Below are positions 11,241-19,744 of a DNA stretch of 64,000 nt, in pieces. The DNA is from a bacterium (lineage in GTDB: Bacteria > RUG730), in the NCBI GenBank assembly GCA_031551405.1, contig JAVBNQ010000003.1, positions 62,001 to 126,000 of the forward strand, given 5' to 3'. The first letter of the stretch is position 1, and every line of letters begins with the position of its first letter. The notes beneath the pieces are model-generated. The model saw only the letters and a program-made list of their open reading frames with translations, was not told the DNA's origin and ran no database searches. Made by a program: the position numbers and the translations under genes.

Positions 11241-12356
11241 CTACAATATTTCTTTCAAAGCTTTGATAAATGCTTTATTTTCCTCTGGCGTTCCAATCGT
11301 AACTCGAGCAAACTCTTGTAATTCGTACTCGTCAACTGCTCGAATGATAATTCCTTTTTGCAGCAACTTTTGAAATAATATTTTTCCAGGAATTTTTGTT
11401 TTGAATAAAATAAAATTCGCAGACGTTGGAAGATATTTCATATCGAGATTTTTGAATTCTTCATATAAAAATTTTTTGCCGCTGCGGATTAAATCGAGAG
11501 TTGCGTCGAGATGCTCTTTATCATCCAAACTAATGCTCGCGATAATTTGAGCAATAGAATTTACGTTAAAAGGCGGACGAACTCTCTCGACAAACCCGAC
11601 AATTTCCGGATCCGCAATCATGTAGCCGACTCTGAGACCTGCCAGCCCGAAAATTTTTGAGAAAGTTCTCAGTACAACGATATTTTTGTATTTTTTCTGA
11701 AGCTCAAGAGTTTCGGGATATTGCGGATCTTCCGTCGCAAATTCGTAATATGCTTCGTCCATTATCACCAAAACGTTTTCCGGCACTCTCTCGATAAATT
11801 TTTCAAAATCAAGTTTTTCTACGAAAGTTCCTGTTGGATTATTTGGGTTTCCGATAAAAATTAATTTTGTTTTTTCTGTGATTGCATCGAACATTTTTTC
11901 TAAATTTACGACGAAATTTGGAGTCATTTCGACGGTTATGGTGGTAGCGCCCATCAGATCAGCGGACATTTTATATCTCACGAATGAGTGTTTTGAAACG
12001 ATAATCTCGTCGTCATCATTCAAAAAAGTCTTGCCCAAAAGCTCGATAATCTCGTCAGAACCATTTCCAAACAAAATTTTTTCTGTGTTTTGCCCAAGTT
12101 TTTTCGCGACTTTTTCTCGCAAACCAAAACAAACGCTATCCGGATACCTGTGAATATTTTCCAAAATATCCTGGATTTTGACGACATTTTTCTTAGGCCT
12201 TCCGATTGAATTTTCGTTCGACGCCAATTTATAAATTTTTTCGATTCCGAGCTCGCGTTTCAGCTCATCAATCGGTTTGCCGGGAAGGTATGGCTCAAAA
12301 TTAAAAACTTCTTTTCTCACTAATTTTTTCACATCAAAACCCATTTTATTCTCCAA
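11241..12356 (-). CDS. hisC: Histidinol-phosphate / aromatic aminotransferase
   Basis: KLASNEN, GNGSDEII, NPNNPTG, DEAYYEF, RTFSKIFGLAGLRVG. Confidence 0.93.
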   Translation of the reverse strand: MENKMGFDVKKLVRKEVFNFEPYLPGKPIDELKRELGIEKIYKLASNENSIGRPKKNVVKIQDILENIHRYPDSVCFGLREKVAKKLGQNTEKILFGNGSDEIIELLGKTFLNDDDEIIVSKHSFVRYKMSADLMGATTITVEMTPNFVVNLEKMFDAITEKTKLIFIGNPNNPTGTFVEKLDFEKFIERVPENVLVIMDEAYYEFATEDPQYPETLELQKKYKNIVVLRTFSKIFGLAGLRVGYMIADPEIVGFVERVRPPFNVNSIAQIIASISLDDKEHLDATLDLIRSGKKFLYEEFKNLDMKYLPTSANFILFKTKIPGKILFQKLLQKGIIIRAVDEYELQEFARVTIGTPEENKAFIKALKEIL

Positions 12357-13419
12357 CTTCGTTGACGGGATAAGAGCCCAAAATTTTGAAAAACAAACAT
12401 TTCTTCTCGAGAAGATTTAATGCCTGTTTCACATCTTCGTCGTCTCTGTGCCCTAAAAAATCCACAAAAAAAATATATTCCCAAGCTTTCTTTTTGGTTG
12501 GTCTAGACTCGATTTTCGTTAAATTTATGTCGAATTTTCTAAAAGGCACAAGCATCTCGTAAAGAGCACCGATTTTGTCTTTTATTGAAAATATAATCGA
12601 GGTTTTATTTGCGAGCGATTTTTCATTTTTTTCCAAGCTTATCACCCAAAATTTCGTTTTATTGTTGCTTTTATCCTCAATATTTTTTGCCAAAATTTGT
12701 AAATTATACGTTTCTGCTGCCTCTACGGAAGCTATCGCGCTCGCTCCTTGTTCTTCTGACGCGAGTTTAGACGCTAGACTCGTAGAATCCACACAAACCA
12801 GCTCTCGTCCCGGCAGATTTTTCGCGAGCCAATCTCGACTTTGCGCTAAAGCCTGTGAATGAGAATAAACTTTTTTGATTTTTGAAATATCGATTTGCGT
12901 CGAGAGTAAATTGTGATGAATGTTCAAAAAAATTTCCGAGTAAATTTGCACATCTTTTTCAACTAGTAAATCAAAAGTGTGATTTATAATTCCTTCCGTT
13001 GAGTTTTCCGCCGGAACAACGCCGAATTTTACGTTTTTCTTCTCGACCTCAGCAAAAACTTCGGCAATTGAGCCAAAAGAAAAATAATCGCAGAATTTAC
13101 CGAAAAACTTTTGACTAGCCAAATGCGTGTAACTTTGTTCGAGACCAAAAAATGCGATTTTGAGTTTTTCCTGAAGATCGCGAGAGCAAGCAAAAATTTC
13201 TTTATAAATAGATGTCAAATATTTTTTTTGAAAAGGCTTTTTAACGAGCGAGTCTAATCTTTTCAATATATTTTTTTCCCTTTCCAAATTCAAAATCGGC
13301 AAATTATTTTGTATTTTAAAATCTTTGACATCCGATGATAAATTAAATCTTTCGTTCAATAATTCAACGATTTTATTATCGATTTCGTCAATTTTTATTC
13401 TAATTTTTTCTAAATCCAT
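12346..13419 (-). CDS. pheA: Chorismate mutase / prephenate dehydratase (P-protein)
   Basis: N-terminal AroQ-like LEKIRIKIDEID, PAENSTEG, SHSQALAQ, ACT domain NLTKIESRP. Confidence 0.94.
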   Translation of the reverse strand: MDLEKIRIKIDEIDNKIVELLNERFNLSSDVKDFKIQNNLPILNLEREKNILKRLDSLVKKPFQKKYLTSIYKEIFACSRDLQEKLKIAFFGLEQSYTHLASQKFFGKFCDYFSFGSIAEVFAEVEKKNVKFGVVPAENSTEGIINHTFDLLVEKDVQIYSEIFLNIHHNLLSTQIDISKIKKVYSHSQALAQSRDWLAKNLPGRELVCVDSTSLASKLASEEQGASAIASVEAAETYNLQILAKNIEDKSNNKTKFWVISLEKNEKSLANKTSIIFSIKDKIGALYEMLVPFRKFDINLTKIESRPTKKKAWEYIFFVDFLGHRDDEDVKQALNLLEKKCLFFKILGSYPVNEVGE

Positions 13420-13434
13420 TTTTATTTTCCCTCG

Positions 13435-14418
13435 CTAAAATAAGTTCATTACGCTTCGAATTTCAGCTAAATTTTGTTCAGCAATCCCTTGAGCTTTTTT
13501 CGAGCCTTCTCGTAAAATGTCGAGTAGCAAACTTTTATCAGCAATAATTTTTTGCCTTTTTTCACGAATAGGAGCTAACAAATTTTGTAAATTTGCTGAT
13601 AATTTTTTTTTGCATTCCACGCAACCGATTTTGCCGGCTTTGCAGCTGCATTCTATCTCGGATTTTTCAGGCTCGTTAAAAATTTCGTGCATGTTAAAAA
13701 CATTACAGATTTCAGGATGTCCAATGTCAGTTGATTTTATTCTCGATGGATCTGTAATCATTTTTCGGACTTTTTCATCAATTTCCAACGGAGAGTCGGA
13801 GAGATAAATGCTGTTGTCATAACTTTTGCTCATCTTGCGTCCGTCTATTCCCAAAAGACGCGGTGTTTTCGTGAGGAGCGCGTTTGGCTCGACGAGGAGG
13901 TCGGTTTTGTATAAAAAGTTGAAGCGTCTCACAATTTCTCGTGCTAGCTCCAAATGCGGCACTTGGTCTTCTCCGACGGGAACAAGCGAGGTTTTGTAAA
14001 GCGCGATATCTGCAGTCTGTAGCACCGGATATCCCAAAAATCCCAAGTTCGCGGATTCTTTGTTTTCAAGGTTTTGCAGCTGTTCTTTGTACGTCGGACA
14101 TCTCTCGAGCCAACCAAGAGGCGTCACCATCCCTAAAATTAAATATAATTCCGAATGACTTTTGACAAGTGATTGCTGGAAAATTACGCATTTTTCATAA
14201 CTCAAACCGCACGCAAACCAGTCTGCAAGCATCTCAAAACTGTTGTTTTTAAAATTTTCGGTTTCGTCGTATTTTGTTGTGAGAGCGTGCCAATCAGCCA
14301 CAAAAAATAGCGATTCGTATTCATCTTGAAGTTTCACCCAATTAACCAGAGCTCCAAGCAAGTGCCCGATATGTAATTTCCCCGTAGGCCGCATGCCTGA
14401 AATTAAACGTTTTTTCAT
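13435..14418 (-). CDS. trpS: Tryptophan--tRNA ligase
   Basis: SGMRPTGKLHIGH, YPVLQTADI, VPVGEDQ, KMSKS. Confidence 0.96.
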   Translation of the reverse strand: MKKRLISGMRPTGKLHIGHLLGALVNWVKLQDEYESLFFVADWHALTTKYDETENFKNNSFEMLADWFACGLSYEKCVIFQQSLVKSHSELYLILGMVTPLGWLERCPTYKEQLQNLENKESANLGFLGYPVLQTADIALYKTSLVPVGEDQVPHLELAREIVRRFNFLYKTDLLVEPNALLTKTPRLLGIDGRKMSKSYDNSIYLSDSPLEIDEKVRKMITDPSRIKSTDIGHPEICNVFNMHEIFNEPEKSEIECSCKAGKIGCVECKKKLSANLQNLLAPIREKRQKIIADKSLLLDILREGSKKAQGIAEQNLAEIRSVMNLF

Positions 14419-14467
14419 CTAAAATTTACCACCAAAAAATTAAAAATTACTCGAAAATCAGGTCAGA

Positions 14468-14495
14468 ATTATAGCACAATGAAATTTTCTTTCAA
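14468..14495 (-). promoter_or_regulatory. Putative sigma70 promoter of the trpS-pheA-hisC-tlyA-cysK-rsmI-metX run
   Basis: Minus strand TTGAAA-16nt-TATAAT with extended -10 TG. Confidence 0.55.
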
Positions 14496-14601
14496 AATCT
14501 TTTTTTTCAAAAGTTAGCAGAGTTAAAAAATTTCATCTTAAAATTTTATTTGTTTGAGTTAAATATTGGAAGAGATAATGAGGGTGAAGTGTAATTTTAT
14601 T

Positions 14602-15159
14602 CTAAACAAGTGATGCTCCGATATTTTTTATGGTACTATGCAGATCTTTTCTTTTATGCGCCGGTTCGTTTCGCATACCAGTAACCACAAGTACATCTCT
14701 TACATCAAATTCAAGAAGTTGAAACATCTTTTTTGTATAATCGTAATATGTCTCAAACATGCTGTAATCAGGATTCCCTTGAGTAAACGCAAGAACTAAC
14801 TTTTTTCCGGCGTTTTCTTCCTTAAATTTTGGAGAGAATCTCGGAGAAATCTGCGCAAATAACCTGTCAGTAAATATTTTTGCCTGAGCGCTCATCTGTC
14901 CCATATAAATCGGTGAACCAAGAACAAGTGCATCCGTATTCTTGAGTGCATCATAAATTCCTTGCATATCATCCTTAATAAGACAGTTAGCACCTTGTAC
15001 GCAGCCTAAACAACCTTTACATGGTTTTATATCAAGATCGCTGTAATACCAGACCTCAGTTTCGGCGCCTTGCTGTTTCGCTCCTTCAAGTATTTAGTTT
15101 ACAGTCCAAGCAGTATTGCCTTCTTTTCGCGGGCTTGCGATAAATCCGATGACTTTCAT
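14602..15159 (-). pseudogene. Iron-sulfur flavoprotein / flavodoxin-like FMN reductase interrupted by an in-frame TAA at codon 22
   Basis: From ATG 15159 (GGAG SD): MKVIGFIASPRKEGNTAWTVN*ILEGAKQQGAETEVWYYSDLDIKPCKGCLGCVQGANCLIKDDM, continuing in frame into ORF 14602-14967 (LVLGSPIYMGQ); stop at 15094-15096. Confidence 0.85.
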
Positions 15160-15559
15160 ATTTTCTCCTATTCAGTGTTTTTTACGTTTACAAATTTTTG
15201 TGAGTACATTTTATAAGTAATCAAGTCTTTTTTCAAACTTTATCTTTACAAAAAATTAACAAATTTTTTAGCAAAAATTGTCTATAAATTAGTAACAAAT
15301 AGTTTTGGAAAAAAATAAATTATTTGAAATTTTTGGGATTTTTTTAGGTTATTCCAAAGGAGTATAGTTTAAATATTGTATGCAGAGTTGAAGTTAGAAG
15401 TAAATAAATGCGAGAATGAAAAATGAAGTAGGAAAGACGACGAGTAATGAGAGGTATCGAAAAAACAAGAGTCAGTGATTTTATATATAAAAATGAATTT
15501 TAACAAAAATAATTTGTCGATTTTGAGTGGCCGAAGCTTAGTTATAAAATTCGAAATAT

Positions 15560-16390
15560 TTAAATTCCAATATTTTGGGTTTTTATTTCGGTGAATGCGA
15601 GCTCTTTTTCTTTTTCGTTCGGGGCTTTTCCGTGCCATTCTACGTTATGTTCCATAAAGGAAACGCCTTTTCCTTTCACGGTTTTCGCAATAATCGCAGT
15701 TGGTTTGCCTTTTGTGGTTGCAAAATTTTCGTAAGCTTCAAAAATTTCAGAATATTTGTGTCCATCGACTTCAATAGCGTTCCAGCCAAAACTTTCGAAT
15801 TTTGCTTTAATTGGCTGAACGTTTTTTATGTCCTCTATTTTCCCATCGATTTGCAATCCATTAAAGTCTATGATTGCGCATAAATTATCAAGTTTATGAT
15901 GACTTGCAGTCATAGCAGCTTCCCAAATTTGTCCGGATTGCAGTTCGCCGTCGCCTATTAAAACGAAAGCTCGCGATGCTTTTTTATCGAGCTTAAAAGC
16001 GAGGCACATTCCACTGCCAATCGAAAGCCCTTGTCCGAGAGATCCGGTTGAGATTTCGATTCCAGGCAAACAACATTTGTATCCGGGATGTCCTTGGAGA
16101 CGAGAGCCTAATTTGCGTAAAGTTTTCAGCTCTGACTCTTCAAAGTAGCACGCACGACTCAAACATGAGTATTGCGTTGGACAAACGTGGCCTTTTGAAA
16201 AGATCACGCGATCTCTGTCCTCCCAAAAAGGGTTTGCGCAGTCGTGCTTTAAAACGCCAAAATAAAGTGCAACCATCAGCTCGACGCACGACAAAGATCC
16301 ACCGGGGTGTCCACTGCCGGCAATATGCAACATTTCTATAATATCTCGTCTTACCTGTTTGGATAAATCAATATATTTTTGATAATTCAT
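15560..16390 (-). CDS. Transketolase N-terminal (ThDP-binding) subunit
   Basis: SGHPGGSLS, SKGH, LQGHP, STGSLGQG, GDGELQSGQIWEA, WHGKAP; 276 aa split-type subunit. Confidence 0.93.
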   Translation of the reverse strand: MNYQKYIDLSKQVRRDIIEMLHIAGSGHPGGSLSCVELMVALYFGVLKHDCANPFWEDRDRVIFSKGHVCPTQYSCLSRACYFEESELKTLRKLGSRLQGHPGYKCCLPGIEISTGSLGQGLSIGSGMCLAFKLDKKASRAFVLIGDGELQSGQIWEAAMTASHHKLDNLCAIIDFNGLQIDGKIEDIKNVQPIKAKFESFGWNAIEVDGHKYSEIFEAYENFATTKGKPTAIIAKTVKGKGVSFMEHNVEWHGKAPNEKEKELAFTEIKTQNIGI

Positions 16391-16417
16391 TTTTTTTCTC
16401 CGGAAATAAATTTTGTC

Positions 16418-16446
16418 ATTATATTTTTTTTCGATTTAATTCGCAA
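16418..16446 (-). promoter_or_regulatory. Putative sigma70 promoter of the transketolase subunit gene
   Basis: Minus strand TTGCGA-17nt-TATAAT. Confidence 0.6.
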
Positions 16447-16588
16447 TATTAATTTAAAATTAGAGTCAAATATTTAATCTTTTAATTTGCAAAAAAAATG
16501 TACGTACATTTTTGTGGCTGGACGACGGTAAAATGAAAAAATTGTGTTTTGTTAAGGCAGGTAGTTGTAAGAGGTTACAGCAAAATTA

Positions 16589-16660
16589 AGGCGTGGAGCG
16601 GATTCGAACCGCTGAATAAAGGTTTTGCAGACCTCTCCCTTACCACTTGGGTACCACGCC
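16589..16660 (-). tRNA. tRNA-Cys (GCA), CCA not encoded
   Basis: Reverse complement GGCGTGGTACCCAAGTGGTAAGGGAGAGGTCTGCAAAACCTTTATTCAGCGGTTCGAATCCGCTCCACGCCT folds as a cloverleaf; U73 discriminator. Confidence 0.96.
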
Positions 16661-16759
16661 GTAAAAAAGTTTGTTTAATAAAATTTGAGAAATAAAAAAA
16701 GTCGCCAATTTTAGCAAAATTTATCAAAAATAAAAAGAAAATTTTTGCTATCTAAAATA

Positions 16760-16788
16760 TTGCTTTTATGTATCTTTTTTATTATAAT
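16760..16788 (+). promoter_or_regulatory. Sigma70 promoter, probably driving a leaderless mRNA plus tRNA-Leu
   Basis: TTGCTT-17nt-TATAAT; the A of the ATG at 16795 is 7 nt downstream of the last base of the -10 box. Confidence 0.65.
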
Positions 16789-16794
16789 CACGAA

Positions 16795-17127
16795 ATGAAA
16801 AAATTTCTGGTTATATTTTTGCTGTTCATTACTCAAATAATTTTTTTGCAAGCTGAGATTGCGTCTCGTCGGTTTTACAACAGTCAAATCGAAAATTCTT
16901 TTGATGACGTAGAAGAATTAAACCGTTTATTAGGCTTGGAGAGGCTCGTTTTTGCGAGAGCAACCACTAGTGACGAACGAGCGCTTTCACTTCTCAGAAT
17001 TTCCGATATATTTTTAAAATTGAATGATCCCAAAAAAGCAAAATTGATTTATCGTCAAATTATTCAGAATTATTCATCAAAAGAAATGGTAGCAACCGAA
17101 GCCAAAAAACGACTTTTGGCATTATAA
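16795..17127 (+). CDS. Small secreted TPR-like protein
   Basis: Signal-peptide-like MKKFLVIFLLF...LQA; C-terminal TPR-like helix pair ALSLLRISDIFLKLNDPKKAKLIYRQIIQNY...AKKRL. Confidence 0.65.
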   Translation: MKKFLVIFLLFITQIIFLQAEIASRRFYNSQIENSFDDVEELNRLLGLERLVFARATTSDERALSLLRISDIFLKLNDPKKAKLIYRQIIQNYSSKEMVATEAKKRLLAL

Positions 17128-17139
17128 AATTTTTAGTTT

Positions 17140-17220
17140 GCGAGAGTGGCGGAATTGGCAGACGCACTAGACTTAGGATCTAGCGCCTTTGGCGTGTGGG
17201 TTCAACTCCCACCTCTCGCA
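17140..17220 (+). tRNA. tRNA-Leu (TAG), CCA not encoded
   Basis: GCGAGAGTGGCGGAATTGGCAGACGCACTAGACTTAGGATCTAGCGCC...GGGTTCAACTCCCACCTCTCGCA; long variable arm. Confidence 0.96.
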
Positions 17221-17255
17221 TTAGATTTTGATATTTTTCGTATAGAAAAAAATTG

Positions 17256-17290
17256 AAAGCTCGTCAATTTACGTTGATGGGCTTTTTTTA
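17256..17290 (+). terminator. Intrinsic terminator after tRNA-Leu
   Basis: AAAGCTCGTCAA/TTGATGGGCTTT stem with a T-tract. Confidence 0.75.
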
Positions 17291-17482
17291 TTTTTAGCTT
17301 CTAACAATTTCGTTTTATTTTTGATTTTGAGAATTAATTTTTAGCGATTTGTTGGCAAAATAATGGCAAATTTTCTATGAAAATTTTAGACTCGAGCTCT
17401 AAGATATGTTTTTTGGGAGAGGAGATACTTGTTGATAGTTTTTTATTGTGAGTGGCGTAGAAAAAAAACAGTAAGGTAAAAT

Positions 17483-18811
17483 TTAAATTTTACAAAGCCG
17501 CGCTACATTTTTTCCGTCGATAATATTTGTTTCCATGTCAGAATATTCCCATTTTCCGTATCTTCCGATTGAAAAAATATTGTTTTTAGTCAGCCAATCC
17601 AAAATTATTTTCACATTTTCGTCTCGCTTCGAGTCATATGTCACATAGCCGGGACTCATCTTCAAAATCGTCATATCCAAAATTTGATCTTTTGAATCCA
17701 AAATTTTTGCTTTCAACAAACCGGCTACAGCATCTCCGATATATTTATCGTAATTTTTTTGCCTAAAATCCTCAGGCAAAGAAATTTCCGTATAAATGCT
17801 GGAACATCCCTTTGGCGCCATTTTTTTTGCAAAATTACTTGTGAATCCAGCCCTGTAAAAAATAAATTCTTCCTCGGGAAAATAAATCCAATGTTTGTCT
17901 TTTATTTCTTTTTTAACGCCAAAATTTATATTCAAAACTGTATTTGTTTTTAACTCAAAAGCACGTTTTTTTATATCGAGAGGCACGTCTTTTATTATTT
18001 CCAAAATCAATTTTTTTAACGGCGAAGAATTTATCAAATTTTTGTATTTATAATTTTTTCCATTTTTGGTAGTCGCGATTTTCTTTTTATAATCGATAGA
18101 CGATATTTCTAAGTTTTTTTCGATATTTTTTTGTTTTAATTCTTTTTCAAAAGCTTTGATCAGCGCGTTTATTCCTCCGGTTTTCGGGTAATAAAAAGAT
18201 GCGTTGTAGCCAGTTTTCTCGTCGTCATCATTGAACGTGCTTTTTAAAACTTCATCCAAACTCGGTTTTGGAACATAACTTTTCATCCACGATAGCGAAA
18301 GTTTTTCAGGCGGAAAATTCCAAAGTTTTTTGTTGTAAGGCAGCATAAAATATTTCGATATGCTTTTGCCAAAATTTTTTTCGCTCCAATCAGCGAAATT
18401 CGCAAATTTTTCAGTTTTTTTATTATTTGAATCTTTCGATAAGTTCTTTTCGTAATAAGCCATTAAATAATCGAATAAACAGTTTTTTTTGATTTGCGTT
18501 GGCAAATTGTAGAGATTTTTTTGGAAAGGGTATTTTATGTAGCGGTTTGCGAGGAAAATGAAAGATTTTCGTTCTTGTTCAGCCAAATTATTTTGCAAAA
18601 GATTTTTGACTAATTTTTCGATTTTATCGTCAGAAAAATGTAGTAAATGCCCGGTAAAATCATAATAAAAATTATTCGATTTCACGGTTCTGCAAAACCC
18701 GCCGAGTTCACTTTCTTTTTCAAAAAGCAAGTATTCAATATTGCTTTTTTCCAGATGATAAGCCGCGCTGAGCCCTGAAATTCCGCCGCCAATTATTATG
18801 TTTTTTTCCAT
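17483..18811 (-). CDS. FAD-dependent oxidoreductase (protoporphyrinogen oxidase / UDP-galactopyranose mutase-like)
   Basis: IIGGGISGLSAA Rossmann motif, GGFCRT, DFTGHLLH, FYYPKTGG, C-terminal GRYGKWEYSDME. Confidence 0.8.
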   Translation of the reverse strand: MEKNIIIGGGISGLSAAYHLEKSNIEYLLFEKESELGGFCRTVKSNNFYYDFTGHLLHFSDDKIEKLVKNLLQNNLAEQERKSFIFLANRYIKYPFQKNLYNLPTQIKKNCLFDYLMAYYEKNLSKDSNNKKTEKFANFADWSEKNFGKSISKYFMLPYNKKLWNFPPEKLSLSWMKSYVPKPSLDEVLKSTFNDDDEKTGYNASFYYPKTGGINALIKAFEKELKQKNIEKNLEISSIDYKKKIATTKNGKNYKYKNLINSSPLKKLILEIIKDVPLDIKKRAFELKTNTVLNINFGVKKEIKDKHWIYFPEEEFIFYRAGFTSNFAKKMAPKGCSSIYTEISLPEDFRQKNYDKYIGDAVAGLLKAKILDSKDQILDMTILKMSPGYVTYDSKRDENVKIILDWLTKNNIFSIGRYGKWEYSDMETNIIDGKNVARLCKI

Positions 18812-18819
18812 TTTTACCT

Positions 18820-19743
18820 TTATGATTTGTTGATTTTTTTGAGTGCGAGAGGTAAATTCTCGATAATATCGCTAGCTTGTAAGCACATTTCTCCGGTCTT
18901 TTGTTTTGCTATGTCGCCAGCGAGTCCGTGGATAAAAACTCCGATTTCTGCTATTTTCAACAATTCTGCCTTTTTGAACTGCGATTTGAGTCCTGCCAAA
19001 ATTCCACACAAAACGTCTCCTGAGCCGGCTGTCGCCATTCCGGGATTTCCGGTTTTATTCATGAAAACAGTTTTTCCGTCAGAGATCATAGTATTGTGTC
19101 CTTTCAAAATGCAAACTAAATTATTGTTTTTTGCAATTTTTTTGCAAATTTCTTTTCGATTTTTTGAGACAAATTCAGGATTCGGAGCATTAATAAGTTT
19201 CTCGAATTCTTTTTCGTTTGGAGTGATAATTGTGCATTTTTTTTCCGAGGAGGGAAGTTTTTCAAGTTTGAAATTTGCTTTTTTTGAACCTTTTTCATCT
19301 AGGTTTGAAAAAGCAAAAAGCGCGTCAGCGTCGAGGATTATTGGAATATTTAGATTTTTTGCAAATTCGTAGAATTTTTGGGTGAATTTTACAGTTTTTT
19401 CATTTTTGCCAATTCCTGGGCCCAAAACTATGCAATCAATAATTTTTTCTTCTAAAAAGGTTTTCAAAGATTTTAGAGATTTTAAGTCGAAAAAATCCCC
19501 GATTTCAGATTCAATAGGATAGGTCATAATTTCTAGAAAATGTGACATGCTCGGTAAAATCAAATTTTGTGGAACTGCGCAAGTTACGACTCCGGCGCCG
19601 ATTTTTAGCGCAGCTTTACTCGCCAAAACTGCAGCTCCGAGCATTCCAAGCGATCCGCCAACAACCAAAGTATGTCCGAAATCGTATTTTGTTTTTAATT
19701 TATCTCGTCTATTTTTATCAAAAAACTTTTTGATTTTTTGCAT
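18820..19743 (-). CDS. nnrD: ADP-dependent NAD(P)H-hydrate dehydratase (YjeF C-domain, stand-alone)
   Basis: KYDFGHTLVVGGS, GPGIG, LDADAL, TPNEKE, MATAGSGDVL, HGLAGD. Confidence 0.9.
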   Translation of the reverse strand: MQKIKKFFDKNRRDKLKTKYDFGHTLVVGGSLGMLGAAVLASKAALKIGAGVVTCAVPQNLILPSMSHFLEIMTYPIESEIGDFFDLKSLKSLKTFLEEKIIDCIVLGPGIGKNEKTVKFTQKFYEFAKNLNIPIILDADALFAFSNLDEKGSKKANFKLEKLPSSEKKCTIITPNEKEFEKLINAPNPEFVSKNRKEICKKIAKNNNLVCILKGHNTMISDGKTVFMNKTGNPGMATAGSGDVLCGILAGLKSQFKKAELLKIAEIGVFIHGLAGDIAKQKTGEMCLQASDIIENLPLALKKINKS

Positions 19744-19744
19744 T

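Noticed and set aside
15094-15096. Stop-codon reassignment or readthrough of TAA
   Set aside because: TAA, TAG and TGA all terminate conserved genes normally in this window; a single case is better explained by mutation or sequencing error
15369-15638. 89-aa minus-strand ORF overlapping the transketolase 3' end
   Set aside because: Alternative-frame overlap running into a C-rich spacer; no SD or motif
17352-17368. Sigma54-like GG-N10-GC spacing (TGGCAAAATAATGGCA)
   Set aside because: Imperfect -12 element, and it points into the 3' end of a convergent gene with nothing to transcribe
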